Below are positions 22,201 to 31,091 of a DNA stretch of 33,429 nucleotides, one piece after another. A program made the translations under genes and the position numbers. Below the pieces are notes generated by a model, which ran no database searches, was not told the DNA's origin, and saw nothing but the letters and a program-made list of their open reading frames with translations. The first letter of the stretch is position 1. Every line of letters starts with the position of its first letter. The stretch covers positions 1 through 33,429 of the forward strand of contig NIVC01003627.1 in NCBI GenBank assembly GCA_002269645.1. The letters are read 5' to 3'. The DNA is from Macrostomum lignano. Taxonomy: Eukaryota.

Positions 22201-25200
22201 GGTGCCGGTGAGAGCGACCTCCAGCTGAGTTCGATGCGAATCGGGTGAGGCCGAGTCTGGAGATTTGCGGTTTTAATGAATAATTTTTTATTTTAATAGT
22301 GTCTTATCATGTTATTAATCGATAATAGTGTTTGCAGTTTCGGTGATAGCAAAACTAGCACATCGTGACTATCGCACGTGTATGTGAATCAATGCTTCAG
22401 AGTGCCTTCAAAGCTACGCAATCAGCAATGTTTCAGATTGTCTTCAAAGCTACGCAATCAGCAATGCTTCAGAGTGTCTTTAAAGCTACGCAATGATTAA
22501 TGCTTCAGATTGTCTTCAACGCAATCATCAATGCTTCAGAGGGTCTTCAACACAATCATCAATGCTTCAGAGTGTCTTCAAAGCTACGCAATCAGCAATG
22601 CTTGCAATTCGTCAGTTCGGGGTCAAGAAGACTAGTTGAAAGTGTCAAATAACATGTCCTCACCAGTCTGCGTCCCTACAAGCTGAATGTACATAAACAG
22701 CGCAAAATCCTGCTTTGGCGGGCTGTCTTCTGTTGTGTGAAACGACCTCTTAGATTTGTACCAACGAGGACTGAATCTAAAACAAACCAGAGCTTTCTGG
22801 TATGGCGCGATCGTGCCTTGATTGGGAATCATGCAGACCAGAGAGGTCAGCGGGTTCGTGCACTCTTTGGCCTCGGCCAGGTTTGCTGACTTGTTCACCG
22901 GACCCTGCGAGTTGTTGAAAGTGAAGAATTTGCCTTCTTTACATGAAATTTTCTGTAGTTACCTCAGTAGAAGGACTATGTTTTTTTCAATAAGCGTGAA
23001 TCTTGCCTCTTTACTCCACCAATCTTTGAGAATCTGCCTCTCCGCTCCCCCTGTCCTTGAGAATCTGCCTCTCCGCTCCCTCTGTCCTTGAGAATCTGCC
23101 TCTCCGCTCCCCTCCTGTCCTTGAGAATCTGCCTCTCCGCTCCCCCTGTCCTTGAGAATCTGCCTCTCCGCTCCCCCTGTCCTTGAGAATCTGGCTCTCC
23201 GCCCCCCTCCTGTCCTTGAGAATCTGGCTCTCCGCCCCCCTCCTGTCCTTGAGAATCTGCCTCTCCGCTCCCCCTGTCCTTGAGAATCTGCCTCTCCGCT
23301 CCCCCTGTCCTTGAGAATCTGCCTCTCCGCTCCCCCTGTCCTTGAGAATCTGCTTCTCCGCTCCTGTCCTTGAGAATCTGGCTCTCCGCCCCCCTCCTGT
23401 CCTTGAGAATCTGCCTCTCTGCTCCCTATGCTTGAGAATCTGCCACTCCGCTCCATGTCCTTGAGAATCTGTCTCTCTGCTCCCTGTCCTTGAGAATCTG
23501 CCTCTCTGCTCCCTGTGCTTGAGAATCTGCCACTCCGCTCCATGTCCTTGAGAATCTGCCTCTCTGCTCCCTGTCCTTGAGAATCTGCCTCTCTACTCCC
23601 TGTCCTTGAGAATCTGCCTCTCTGCTCCCTGTCCTTGAGAATCTGCCTCTCTACTCCCTGTCCTTGAGAATCTGCCTCTCTGCTCCCTGTCCTTGAGAAT
23701 CTGCCTCTCTACTCCCTGTCCTTGAGAATCTGCCTCTCCGCTCCATGTCCTTGAGAATCTGCCTCTCTACTCCCTGTCCTTGAGAATCTGCCTCTCTGCT
23801 CCCTGTCCTTGAGAATCTGCCTCTCTGCTCCCTATCCTTGAGAATCTACCTCTCTGCTCCCTGTCCTTGAGAATCTACCTCTCTGCTCCCTGTCCTTGAG
23901 AATCTGCCTCTCTGCTCCCTGTCCTTGAGAATCTGCCTCTCTACTCCCTGTCCTTGAGAATCTGCCTCCTAGTTTTCTCAATCCTTGAGAATCTGCCTCC
24001 TAGTTTTCTCAATCCTTGAGAATCCGTCATTTTTCACACTCCACACTCACAGACTCCTGTCCGATGGCGTTCTCCTCCAGAATGGACACAAAGCTGACAG
24101 GCTCTGGTGCATTGTTGAAGAGCACTGCCGCCTCAATTTTGTCTGTCCCGTAGAACGCGGAGCCGAAATGCACGCATGGCATCGGCTCCCCGGTGGCCGG
24201 GCTCAGTAGCTCCAGTTGGCGTTCGACTATTTCGCCGAACACGGCAATTTTCTGTGGCTCCGTGCGACCCTCAAGGACGGCGACGACTTCTTCGTTGAAT
24301 TTGCCGGGCTCTTTGGTGATGTAATCGAACTGCAATGCAGTTGGAGAAAGGGTGATGTTTACGGCATGAAACGCTGTATTACTGTCACAACAGGTAAAAC
24401 TATCTTAATGTGGAAGCGCAATCTGCTGCCTGTAGAACTGTAACCCAAACCATTCCAAAATCAGTTAGTTGCTATGGTAAGCCTCTCACCCGGACAGGCA
24501 GCACTGATTTCGGCGGTATCGATCCGTGCGGCGGCAGAATCGACAATGGCCGGCTGCCCGAATATTCGAATCGAAACTCGCCAGGCCTGGAGCCGCGATT
24601 GTACAGCTTCACGTTGGTGGTGACTACCTTGTTTGCCACAACTACTACGCCAAAGCTGACACTGTCTGAGATCTCCAGCACCGGCTGGCGAGGCATCCCC
24701 TGGACTGGTACCTGCGTGTTTTTTAAAACGTAAGATAAAAAACATAAATGGGTTCCTAAAAAACATGTCTTAAGAAGAGCCTTTAGTTAAACGCCTTTAG
24801 TCTAATAGGCTTCTATGTACCATGTGATTTTTTTCAATTTTTTACTCTAAAAGTGAAGACACGACATTGAGGCCAGAGTCCTTTGGTTGATTCATTTAAC
24901 ACGGACATCTTTAAGGGGTAAGAGAAACGAGTCCTCTGTGATGCTCTCTGGCTGGCCGAGAAACTTAATAGTCTAAGTGAAATACTTTATTAATTTTCGA
25001 TCAGTGGAACATTGGGACCTCGGAACGATGAAAAGTCAAATAGTACGGTGCTTTAGGATGGTTAAGAATTTCCATTTGGAAGCAGCTGTCAGCAATTAGG
25101 AGATTTAAACTGTAAAAAATATATCGACTTGCTGCGCGTAACAGATAAACTCTCATACCGGAATAACTTCGCCATCAACTGTGACGATGAGGCGATCACT

Positions 25201-26036
25201 CTGCGTGTTCTCGTCTGTGGGCGTGTACTCAATGCAGGCCACGTGGTCCAAACCGGACGCCACATTCTTCTCATGTTCCTTCACTTTTAATGTGAAGATC
25301 TAAAATTAGGTGGGGTTTTTGTAGATTTTTTGCTGCTGACTACAGACAGAAATCGAGTTAGTACTATACAAATTAGACATCTTATTAATGTTTTGACTTT
25401 GGGCCATTAATTAAAAAGCATTTATTTAGTAAGAAAATCATTTTTGGCTTTAATTTATACACACTATGTAAATTCATTATTAACACACATTCATAACTTT
25501 TAGAAAAATATTTATTATGCCTATCAATCTTATTTTCTAAAACAAAGCAATATTTTTTGCGATACAACACGAGCCAGTGGCCTTTAATAGAATACCGAAA
25601 TCGTTCATTACTGATGGACGCATCAGTATGGTTCAACTTTTTTAAAGATAATTACTTAATGACGCAGGTTTCCGAATATACATGTATTTAAGCCTACACC
25701 TTTGTACATAAACACCTAATGCCAGAATTGCTTGGACTCAGACAGTAAGTCTTTCCTATGCATGTCATGAATATAGGAGTTCGTGTGCGCTTAATGCCAG
25801 AAATTAATATATTTCACTTATTGAGGATTTTTTATTTTCAATTTATTTCGGACAATAGACTTAAAGAATTGCTCGTAAACACTTACCTTATTCTGAGGCG
25901 CGTAAAAACGAATCGTTCGTGTCTTTTCACTGATATTTTTCACAGACACATGGCATTTTTGAGAAACTCCAACATCGCAGTCAAAGAATTGGATGATTCC
26001 AGGGTTAATACGGATACCCTGGATGTCAAGTGCCAT
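4023..26036 (-). CDS. CFAP47: Cilia- and flagella-associated protein 47, whole gene span (22 coding exons, about 10.0 kb CDS; repeated ASH/MSP Ig-like domains plus calponin-homology domain)
   Basis: Exon translations are colinear with vertebrate CFAP47 as recalled: IAFPNDRAASLRP, LHQVVITPGTIDFGVVC, SKRAWTDVLLQI, ERILLAWLN..INFDHDLLDGLV (CH domain), EFWYELNL, C-terminal NYIRENMRMEHTGVSSPIKLAPL. All junctions traced are GT-AG with matching phases, apart from indels inside exon 19. Confidence 0.95.
4638..4769. repeat. 20-bp minisatellite (CCCTGTCTCTTGGTGGGCGC), about 6.5 copies, CFAP47 intron 21
   Basis: Direct inspection; imperfect copies. Confidence 0.9.
4983..5154 (-). CDS. CFAP47: CFAP47 coding exon 21 (HPVKFRAYF...VEPQSGELPP...LVIR)
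   Basis: ATGCAG| phase 2, CGA|GTGAGT phase 0; F.V.PQ.GEL.P motif. Confidence 0.9.
5519..5878. repeat. 70-bp tandem repeat, 5 full copies plus partial, CFAP47 intron 20
   Basis: TCTTAACT recurs at 5521, 5591, 5661, 5731, 5801 and 5871. Confidence 0.97.
5935..6338 (-). CDS. CFAP47: CFAP47 coding exon 20 (TLIRARTR...GFWRYPL...EPDDVITINAAGL...TSKE)
   Basis: CTTGCAG| phase 0, CT|GTGAGT phase 2. Confidence 0.9.
6711..6768. repeat. (GGA)n microsatellite, about 19 units, CFAP47 intron 19
   Basis: Direct inspection; one GAT interruption. Confidence 0.97.
6805..7388 (-). CDS. CFAP47: CFAP47 coding exon 19, interrupted as given by at least 3 apparent single-base deletions near its 5' end and a scrambled 3' end
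   Basis: CTACAG| at 7388, CAG|GTGAGC at 6805. Homologous blocks GSGLMP, STLIIPFHNPLE and PVMCDILLT...RLDIPVSFAP lie in three different frames. Confidence 0.75.
7867..8239 (-). CDS. CFAP47: CFAP47 coding exon 18 (EVTYRLAFSP...EFWYELNL...ITFHS)
   Basis: TTGCAG| phase 0, G|GTGAGT phase 1; MECELGQHV and PSDLGFADH motifs. Confidence 0.92.
8375..8673 (-). CDS. CFAP47: CFAP47 coding exon 17 (VIAFVAD...RVWYSMEL...LAPAE)
   Basis: CACCAG| phase 1, GAG|GTAAGA phase 0. Confidence 0.9.
9380..11029 (+). CDS. Divergent TRPV-like cation channel (degenerate ankyrin repeats, about 6 TM segments, pore loop), nested antisense in CFAP47 intron 16; frame open from 9173
   Basis: 549-aa uninterrupted ORF. DFNGYHVLF and NCIGMRPLDWGVFRGKVLVVEKLM resemble the last TRPV ankyrin repeats. 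FYQSFLLTLNVLD resembles pore helix plus filter; PTLFINFVTGLLSSVVSET resembles S6 (LL.NMLIA.M..T). Confidence 0.75.
   Translation: MRHCGQEYRRTQFGNFVVPRTHPYPTNVFLMAIMFNARRCCQLIKHSASDLDLAEITEFDFNGYHVLFLGLDVIWPVDALEHLNNEMDYMRFFLAELFTSDQVDRMSHAMNCIGMRPLDWGVFRGKVLVVEKLMYLSHTLDSKAKVAGVMEHVQVDLSFSVSTSPTRSLTALSIMNDLYGETNLANLKTIGIFRRPLLIAPWIDALFRRNTWLLVVYFVERILHCSLTLIFFDYEVGDYMVERCNNSNGQRLPTGFLVIVGYSLFASTWQAVISVLGERRKLKYRQSNNYPSFFRTGLNSALRWQVPYVTSAILAIVIIFLGISPEAVCKSIGADRLRSFMGCIMLFYVLASILSVLVLSRLAMVMSKFINSFYKSFSMFANFLLCYILLLSIFARLFQASGRFVWPTDSTSGNCSGGTQAGARRFSFAESFYQSFLLTLNVLDTGLFLPQPDRVDLLVTHFFFVLLVPTLFINFVTGLLSSVVSETMDNDVEAKYLLKLNFCEYAETSYFWLYQLVNRLRGRESRLVIYLCMPLHLNSKSMKVIKEVL
11327..11956 (-). CDS. 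CFAP47: CFAP47 coding exon 16 (DPTVTTFDLPLEFRP...KRGKFD)
   Basis: CCCTCAG| phase 1, G|GTAAGT phase 1; QNIPVINQT and YPLTFKP motifs. Confidence 0.92.
12184..12307 (-). CDS. CFAP47: CFAP47 coding exon 15 (RKFQFSKETIDFQVELDSHHFRAPSVISIP...), absent from the ORF track
   Basis: Manual translation of 124 nt between TTTACAG| and G|GTAAAT; phases fit both neighbours. Confidence 0.8.
12403..12686 (-). CDS. CFAP47: CFAP47 coding exon 14 (RGQSSVV...KEKALLQAAQQ...TGTLES...SIER)
   Basis: CGCAG| phase 1, AGG|GTATTT phase 0; EKAL..AAQQ and RRRVTGTLES motifs. Confidence 0.9.
12846..12986. repeat. 69-bp tandem duplication (2 copies), CFAP47 intron 13
   Basis: AATAGTCCCTACTAAAAG...ATTAAAACAC begins at 12846 and again at 12915. 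Confidence 0.95.
13128..14282 (-). CDS. CFAP47: CFAP47 coding exon 13 (GVPPARWVINFDHDLLDG...AVAA), CH domain and poly-Q
   Basis: CTTCAG| phase 1, A|GTGAGT phase 1; CLHNSLRVVN and GRDAADFSL motifs. Confidence 0.92.
14524..14701 (-). CDS. CFAP47: CFAP47 coding exon 12 (VTPRSF...SNVYTVNERILLAWLN...DGDK)
   Basis: TTTCCTAG| acceptor, G|GTGAGC donor phase 1; start of the CH domain. Confidence 0.9.
14933..15599 (-). CDS. CFAP47: CFAP47 coding exon 11 (DMLSIVQRWF...KTLVLYK)
   Basis: CCGCAG| phase 2, AAG|GTGAGG phase 0; WFTNYGWPGG, FLRSQGGCL and SKRAWTDVLLQ motifs. Confidence 0.92.
16214..17664 (-). CDS. CFAP47: CFAP47 coding exon 10 (VPPSPAPT...EREGLFY)
   Basis: CGTAG| acceptor, CG|GTGAGT donor phase 2; LPVSATADNCLLTLYPF motif. 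Confidence 0.92.
17819..19236 (-). CDS. CFAP47: CFAP47 coding exon 9 (APEPPNKVFQLLSTKEI...PSPAATP)
   Basis: 1418 nt inside ORF 17807-19333; TTTTGCAG| and |GTAAGT; several ASH-like repeats. Confidence 0.92.
19726..20885. repeat. 21-bp minisatellite (CCCAACCGAATCTCATACCTA), about 55 copies, CFAP47 intron 8
   Basis: Direct inspection; explains the periodic MRFGWVG and GRYEIRL ORFs. Confidence 0.99.
20904..21208 (-). CDS. CFAP47: CFAP47 coding exon 8 (TLFTRVKRHNFVDPDYAY...DLFRS)
   Basis: Phase 2 acceptor TGCAG|, phase 1 donor G|GTGAGA; an alternative in-frame donor lies at 20867. Confidence 0.85.
21361..21677 (-). CDS. CFAP47: CFAP47 coding exon 7 (VFMRLSGSC...IAFPNDRAASLRP...DY)
   Basis: CAG| acceptor, TG|GTGAGG donor phase 2; conserved AFPNDRAA motif. 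Confidence 0.9.
21874..22256 (-). CDS. CFAP47: CFAP47 coding exon 6 (DSASPDSHRTQLEVALTGTALP...LDVIHS)
   Basis: CTCCAG| acceptor phase 1, |GTGAGC donor phase 0; LEVALTGTALP and FRKIAHF motifs. Confidence 0.9.
22388..22603. repeat. 31-36-bp imperfect tandem repeat (AATGCTTCAGAGTGTCTTCAAAGCTACGCAATCAGC), about 6 copies, CFAP47 intron 5
   Basis: AATG(C/T)TTCAG recurs with spacings of 36, 36, 36, 31, 31 and 36. Confidence 0.9.
22664..22904 (-). CDS. CFAP47: CFAP47 coding exon 5 (GPVNKSAN...QDFALFMYIQLVGTQT)
   Basis: PNQGTIAPYQK and QDFALF motifs; donor G|GTGAGG, phase 1. The 5' boundary is ambiguous (second in-frame AG 48 nt upstream). Confidence 0.85.
23025..24024. repeat. About 29-33-bp minisatellite (CCTTGAGAATCTGCCTCTCCGCTCCCCCTGT), over 30 copies, CFAP47 intron 4
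   Basis: Direct inspection; variable C-run length. Confidence 0.98.
24051..24329 (-). CDS. CFAP47: CFAP47 coding exon 4 (FDYITKEPG...NAIGQES)
   Basis: TTGCAG| acceptor, |GTGAGT donor; contains CVHFGSAFYG and FNNAPEPVSFV motifs. Confidence 0.9.
24468..24481. promoter_or_regulatory. Candidate RFX X-box (GTTGCTATGGTAAG) in CFAP47 intron 3
   Basis: 13/14 match to the consensus GTTRCYATRGYAAC; function untested. Confidence 0.25.
24490..24711 (-). CDS. CFAP47: CFAP47 coding exon 3 (VPVQGMPRQPVLEI...LPVR)
   Basis: CAG| acceptor, CGG|GTGAGA donor, 222 nt, phase 0/0. Confidence 0.85.
25159..25299 (-). CDS. CFAP47: CFAP47 coding exon 2 (IFTLKVKEHEKNVASGL...DGEVIP), absent from the ORF track
   Basis: Manual translation of 141 nt between TTTTAG| and |GTATGA; resembles the KELASGL..VEY.P..D...DRL motif. 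Confidence 0.85.
25887..26036 (-). CDS. CFAP47: CFAP47 coding exon 1 (MALDIQGIRINPG...APQNK)
   Basis: ATG at 26036-26034; donor AAG|GTAAGT, phase 0. An acceptor-like TTTGTCTTCCAG 10 nt upstream of the ATG suggests a non-coding upstream exon. Confidence 0.85.
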
Positions 26037-27255
26037 CTTAAATCCACTGGAAGACAAACATGCATATACTTGTTTGCTACATAAAATATTTCTATTCGAC
26101 ACGAGTCAGTTAAAAAAGCAGTAACATTCAGGGATGCATAGCAACTAGACTATTTTTGAATTCTTAACTAATAGTATTTGAGAATTAGTTTTAAATTAAA
26201 TATTTTGCACTTATTTACCTGTAAAAAGTAGTAAAACGACCATACGATTAAACGCTTTGTTTAGACAGTGCTGATAAATAAAACATTCTATTTTTAAATG
26301 AGTAAGTTTCATCCCGTAAAGTCTTCTTGGAAAATCGGGACCAAACAAAATATGGAACATGCTTTGCCAAACAATGTGTGCGTCAACAAGCATTCTGCCA
26401 CATTTTAATGTGAGAAGGGCATGCCTAAAATTCCTATGTGAAATTCAAATGTATTCAAATAACTAAACATTTAACAATTATGATTATGCGAATCCTGCTG
26501 CTGGTCACTACAGTTTTTTAATGTTCCTGATTCCATTATTGTAACTATACCAATGTGCTATGCCCATAAAAATTGAAGTGCTGTATTTTAATGCATTTCA
26601 CAACTATATTTTATATACAACTATGTTTTTAAAAATTGTGCAACTATATTCTACTAGAATATGACAGTGACCTGCTAAAATTAATGTTAGTGAGTTTTTG
26701 TTTAGGAATTCTAGCCTACTTTGTTCTACTACTAGACATAACTAGTAGTAGTACTAGTACTACTATACTCTATAGTATAAGAATGCTTAGCATCCTGAAT
26801 CTAAAAATTAGTATCATAAAATTGATGTATCCTGATTTATTTCAAGAAATGTATAAAATAAACAGTATAGCATTTTCCTTTTAGTTTTGGGTTGGCATTT
26901 TTGCAACTTATTTTGACCAGACCTCTTGCCACCTAGCCAAATCAGCTAGGTCAGCTAGGTATTGAGCATGTATAATGATAATCATGTAGATGTAACAACT
27001 TTTTACTTATAAACTATAATGAAATAAAAAATAGGAACTTTATTGCTTATATATGAATATCACTTTGATTCATTTTGATTTTCCAATCAGAGTTTGCATG
27101 CATATTGCAAAGCAGCTGTCTGCCCAGTAGGGATGTCAACCCCAGGGAGCTTGTCAGGGAATACTCCCTGGGAATTGGACCAGGGACCCTAGGGAAAAGA
27201 AAAAAGCATTTTTAACCTAATTTTTGCCATTTAAATAAGAAAATGATTCATAGAA

Positions 27256-27943
27256 GGCAGTGCTTATCCCCACGGTACCGTAGGAATAATTTCTATCTTA
27301 TTCCAACGGTACTGTGTGAATAATTTTCTGCTTATCCGCACGGCACACTGAGGAGATAGCTGCCCTATCTTCTACATATGCCGTGCGAATAATTTTCTGC
27401 TTATCCGCATGGCACACTGACGAGATAGCTGCCCTATCTTCTACATATGCCGTGTTGTGGGAAGTTTAGTACATACAATTTGAGTGCAGTATAACAACAT
27501 AACTTGGCTTGAACATTTGTTGTAAAGAAATAAAGATTTTTTCTATGAGAAAGAATTTTTTTGTGTAGTAACAAATGATTTAAATTAAATTAACTCTAAG
27601 AATTGTTTATTATTTAAATTTTTAGCAAAGTCTAATCTGATCTCGCCGTGATTTATATAGTCCATTGCCGCTTCCGTAGAATTTTACTACTCATGTGAAT
27701 TCGCATGATTCATATTCATATTGCGGACAAGCAGAAAATTATTCGCACGGCATATGTAGAAGATGGGCAGCTATCTCGTCAGTGTGCCATGCGGATAAGC
27801 AGAAAATTATTCGCACGGCATATGTAGAAGATAGGGCAGCTATCTTGTCAGTGTGCCGTGCGGATAAGCAGAAAATTATTCGCACGGTACCGTTGGAATA
27901 AGACAGAAATTATTCCTACGGTACTGTGGGGATAAGCAGTGCC
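27256..27943. mobile_element. Non-autonomous Mutator/Foldback-like DNA transposon, 688 bp
   Basis: TIRs of about 200 bp (27256-27454 and 27746-27943) starting GGCAGTGCTTATCCCCAC and ending GTGGGGATAAGCAGTGCC, with internal 68-69-bp subrepeats; perfect 9-bp direct flanks TTCATAGAA at 27247-27255 and 27944-27952; no ORF of note inside. Confidence 0.85.
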
Positions 27944-30900
27944 TTCATAGAAAGCTAATTGAAACTGTCTATGTGAGGTGGGGGCAGAGGAAAGTTTTCT
28001 TGGAATAGGGTGTTTTGAAAATTTGTTGACACTAGTGAGGTGGGGCGGATGCCACATTTGAATTTCTGCCAGCATTGCATTTGCACTATTAAAGTCAGAA
28101 ATTGTGCAGATGAATCACAACAAATTATTTCCTCCTGTTTTACTCCAACAGCTGGGTTCTCAAGTCCGGGGGGAGGGTAGTCGTAATTGTAGTTGAGCGG
28201 TTGTAAGCAGCACGGTCATTTAGACTTTAGACTCAATAGTCTAGACACCATAAATCTGTTTTCTGAGTTGCTGAACTGATTACTTTCAGTAGAGTAGCAT
28301 TGCCACCACTGTAATTGCGTATTACGGAACGTTGAGATCTCAGAGCTCGTTCGGAGATAAGATTAATTTGGTTGTTTAATGCCCCATGGGCAAATGACTC
28401 AAGATAAACTATTAAGGGGCTTTGATTGACAAATGAACTGTTATTATTGTCAATTAATATTATTATTATTATTAAGCAATATTAAATGTTTAAATAGGAA
28501 TATTATTAAACAAAGATGATCGCGGCAGGTGCTAGGTGCCAATCAACTAACAAAATAATTGAAACGCTAATTAAGTTTTAAACGGCGATTGCTATTGAAC
28601 TCACTAAGAAATAAATGACAGGCAGAATAAACAAATGGATTGAATCAAAAATGCGCACGCAAATGGAGAAAAAAGAACTGGCATCCCGCATTGGCCTTAT
28701 AAATAGTGAAAGTGTCATCCAGACAGGGATGGGGCAACAGATAGGGCAGCAAGGCAAGGGATGGGGCAGAGGATGGGGCTAGGGACAACACTGAAACGTA
28801 AACGGAAAATAACAAAAAATGACTTCGTCAAAAGATGGGGCAAGGGGTGGCACACTGGGTGACAAAAGAAGTCATAGCAAAATTTCACCACCTGACGAAA
28901 TCTCGCTCAGACAGTGGTAGATTGCCCTACCACATATGCTTTTTTACTGCATAAATGCTTATTTCAATGTATTTTTTCAAATGCAACACACATTTGAATG
29001 TTTTTTCACTACAAGTCTTTCAATCAAGCAAATTACATATAGAAACCCATCAGGAAAATGAAGCCTTACTGACTATTATGTTGGTCTACGTTGACAGCTT
29101 GACGCATTTAATATAGGCACAGTGCTGTGTCCTGTGTCAGTTACTAACACAGGGGATAGCATACAATAACAAAATCTTCCCTATAAGACAAGGAGAAAAT
29201 GGTGATTGATCTGCAAGAAATAAAAATTCCAATTATAAAAACAGTCTCATTATCCCTCTACAAGCTATAAGCATAGCTGTTGAGCATGAATTTTCCATCT
29301 CCAAAGTCTGGACTCTTTCTAACAAAGGTGCACACACAATTTGGTGATGCCACATTGTTAAATAAAGTTTTAAATTAACATTGTTTAAAGTTTTTATCCT
29401 TGCCCCTTGAACATATAGTCTAAAGCTTAAATCAAAGTTTAAAAAATGCCACCTAAAATCTATGAGTAAGTTATCCGCTGTTTTTTATTATTTTTTTCCC
29501 ATGGGGTCTTCAATAAGAAAATTCCCTAAGGAATCGATATCCCTACTGCCCAGTATTTTAATTGCATACATGGCAGCAATCTACCCTACCTACTATTTTA
29601 ATTGTGTGCATGGCAGTTGGCAAATAGGCAATATAGCAAATTGGACCCTTTCTATCCAATCTCTGAATTGCTATTAACTGAACCTAATTTTATAATTTGT
29701 TATTTGTTTTATCCCACAACCCACATACAATATAATTTCAATTCATTGCTTTTTTGTTTACTTGAATAATAATTCCTAATAATTTGAACATTATATGATA
29801 TATTCTTTATAAGATATGGCTATTGTACTTATAATGAAAACACTAGGTAGATAGCTGCCATGCATACAAGCTTTCTATTTCCTAATATTTTATAACTTTT
29901 TATGCCTGCTAGTGTTATTGAGACAATGTGCCTATTTACATTTTATTATTAACTAATTGGCTTATAAGTTTCAAATAAATAAGTTGCTTCTTTTACTTTA
30001 CTTACTTGTCTTTTACTAGTATTTTAATAGTAGTAAAAAAGTAAACTTATTCCTTACCTTTTAGCTGTTAAATTACTAGTATAATATTTCTATAATATTA
30101 GCTAAAAAGATAAAACAGCAAAGACAATGCATTATATCGTCTGTCTTATTAAAAAGTGCAAAATTATTATTTTCTATGTTAACATTAACTAATTAATGCA
30201 TATCAATGATTACTAATATTAAATAACTTTTAATCAATTTAATAAAATCAAGTATTTAATTGATATGATATATATTGGAGATTATATAGGATATGACAAC
30301 AGTTTCTATAATAAATTTGGGTTGCTAATTAGAAGTTGGCATATATTTTTAGTCAAAATCTTAGTAAGTGTATTTCAGAATAAAAATTCTTGTCTTTTTA
30401 ATTCCATGCTAATATAAAAGAAATAATTTTATACAAAAAATAAAGTTTTGTCTTAGGGCTTTTCTTTGTCTTTTATAAATATTGCATGGTTAAGATACCA
30501 AAGTTGTGCTAAGGATATTCTTCTACTTCTTTGATAATTCCACTGCTGTCACTAATTTATCACTATGTAGACTGTAGTGTATTATTTACAATTGACCTAA
30601 GTTGTCTTATGGCATTATACTTATCCTATTTAAAGATAGTATTGTATCACTTGACGCAGATAAAATTTAAGAGATTGTATATATTTTTTCTTGAAAATAA
30701 TCTTATTTGATATGGTATTTTAACAAAATAGTTAGAGCTTATCAATTTCTAATGGAGAAGATCCTAGTGGAAATCTTTACCACTTTTGCCTGATAGTAAT
30801 CTAAGTAGCATCTTTGGACTTTGGTCAGTATTCAAGTAGTTTTCCAGAGTCATGATTAGCAGTTTATGCTGCAAACATGATATAACTTGACCAAAATTTT

Positions 30901-31091
30901 TAGCAGTGAAATCAACTAATTATACATGTCTAATTATAATGACTTTTCATCTGTGTGATTATTTCTTAACCCTCACAAACTTACTGGCAGTCCAAATAAA
31001 ATTTCACAATTTCCTTACTGCACTAGCAAGGCATATGCAGACAAGCCGAATTTGATTCTCAACAGCTTCAAAAAAACTGCAATTCAGCAAA

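Noticed and set aside
22959-23543. 194-aa G/R/S-rich minus-strand ORF
   Set aside because: Lies wholly in the intron 4 minisatellite; no start context or homology.
26636-26884. 82-aa hydrophobic ORF starting at GTG
   Set aside because: AT-rich low-complexity sequence (ACTAGT repeats); hydrophobicity is expected by chance.
28720-28875. Scattered GATGGGGC repeats and a short ATGACTTC/GAAGTCAT inverted pair
   Set aside because: Too short and irregular to support a feature.
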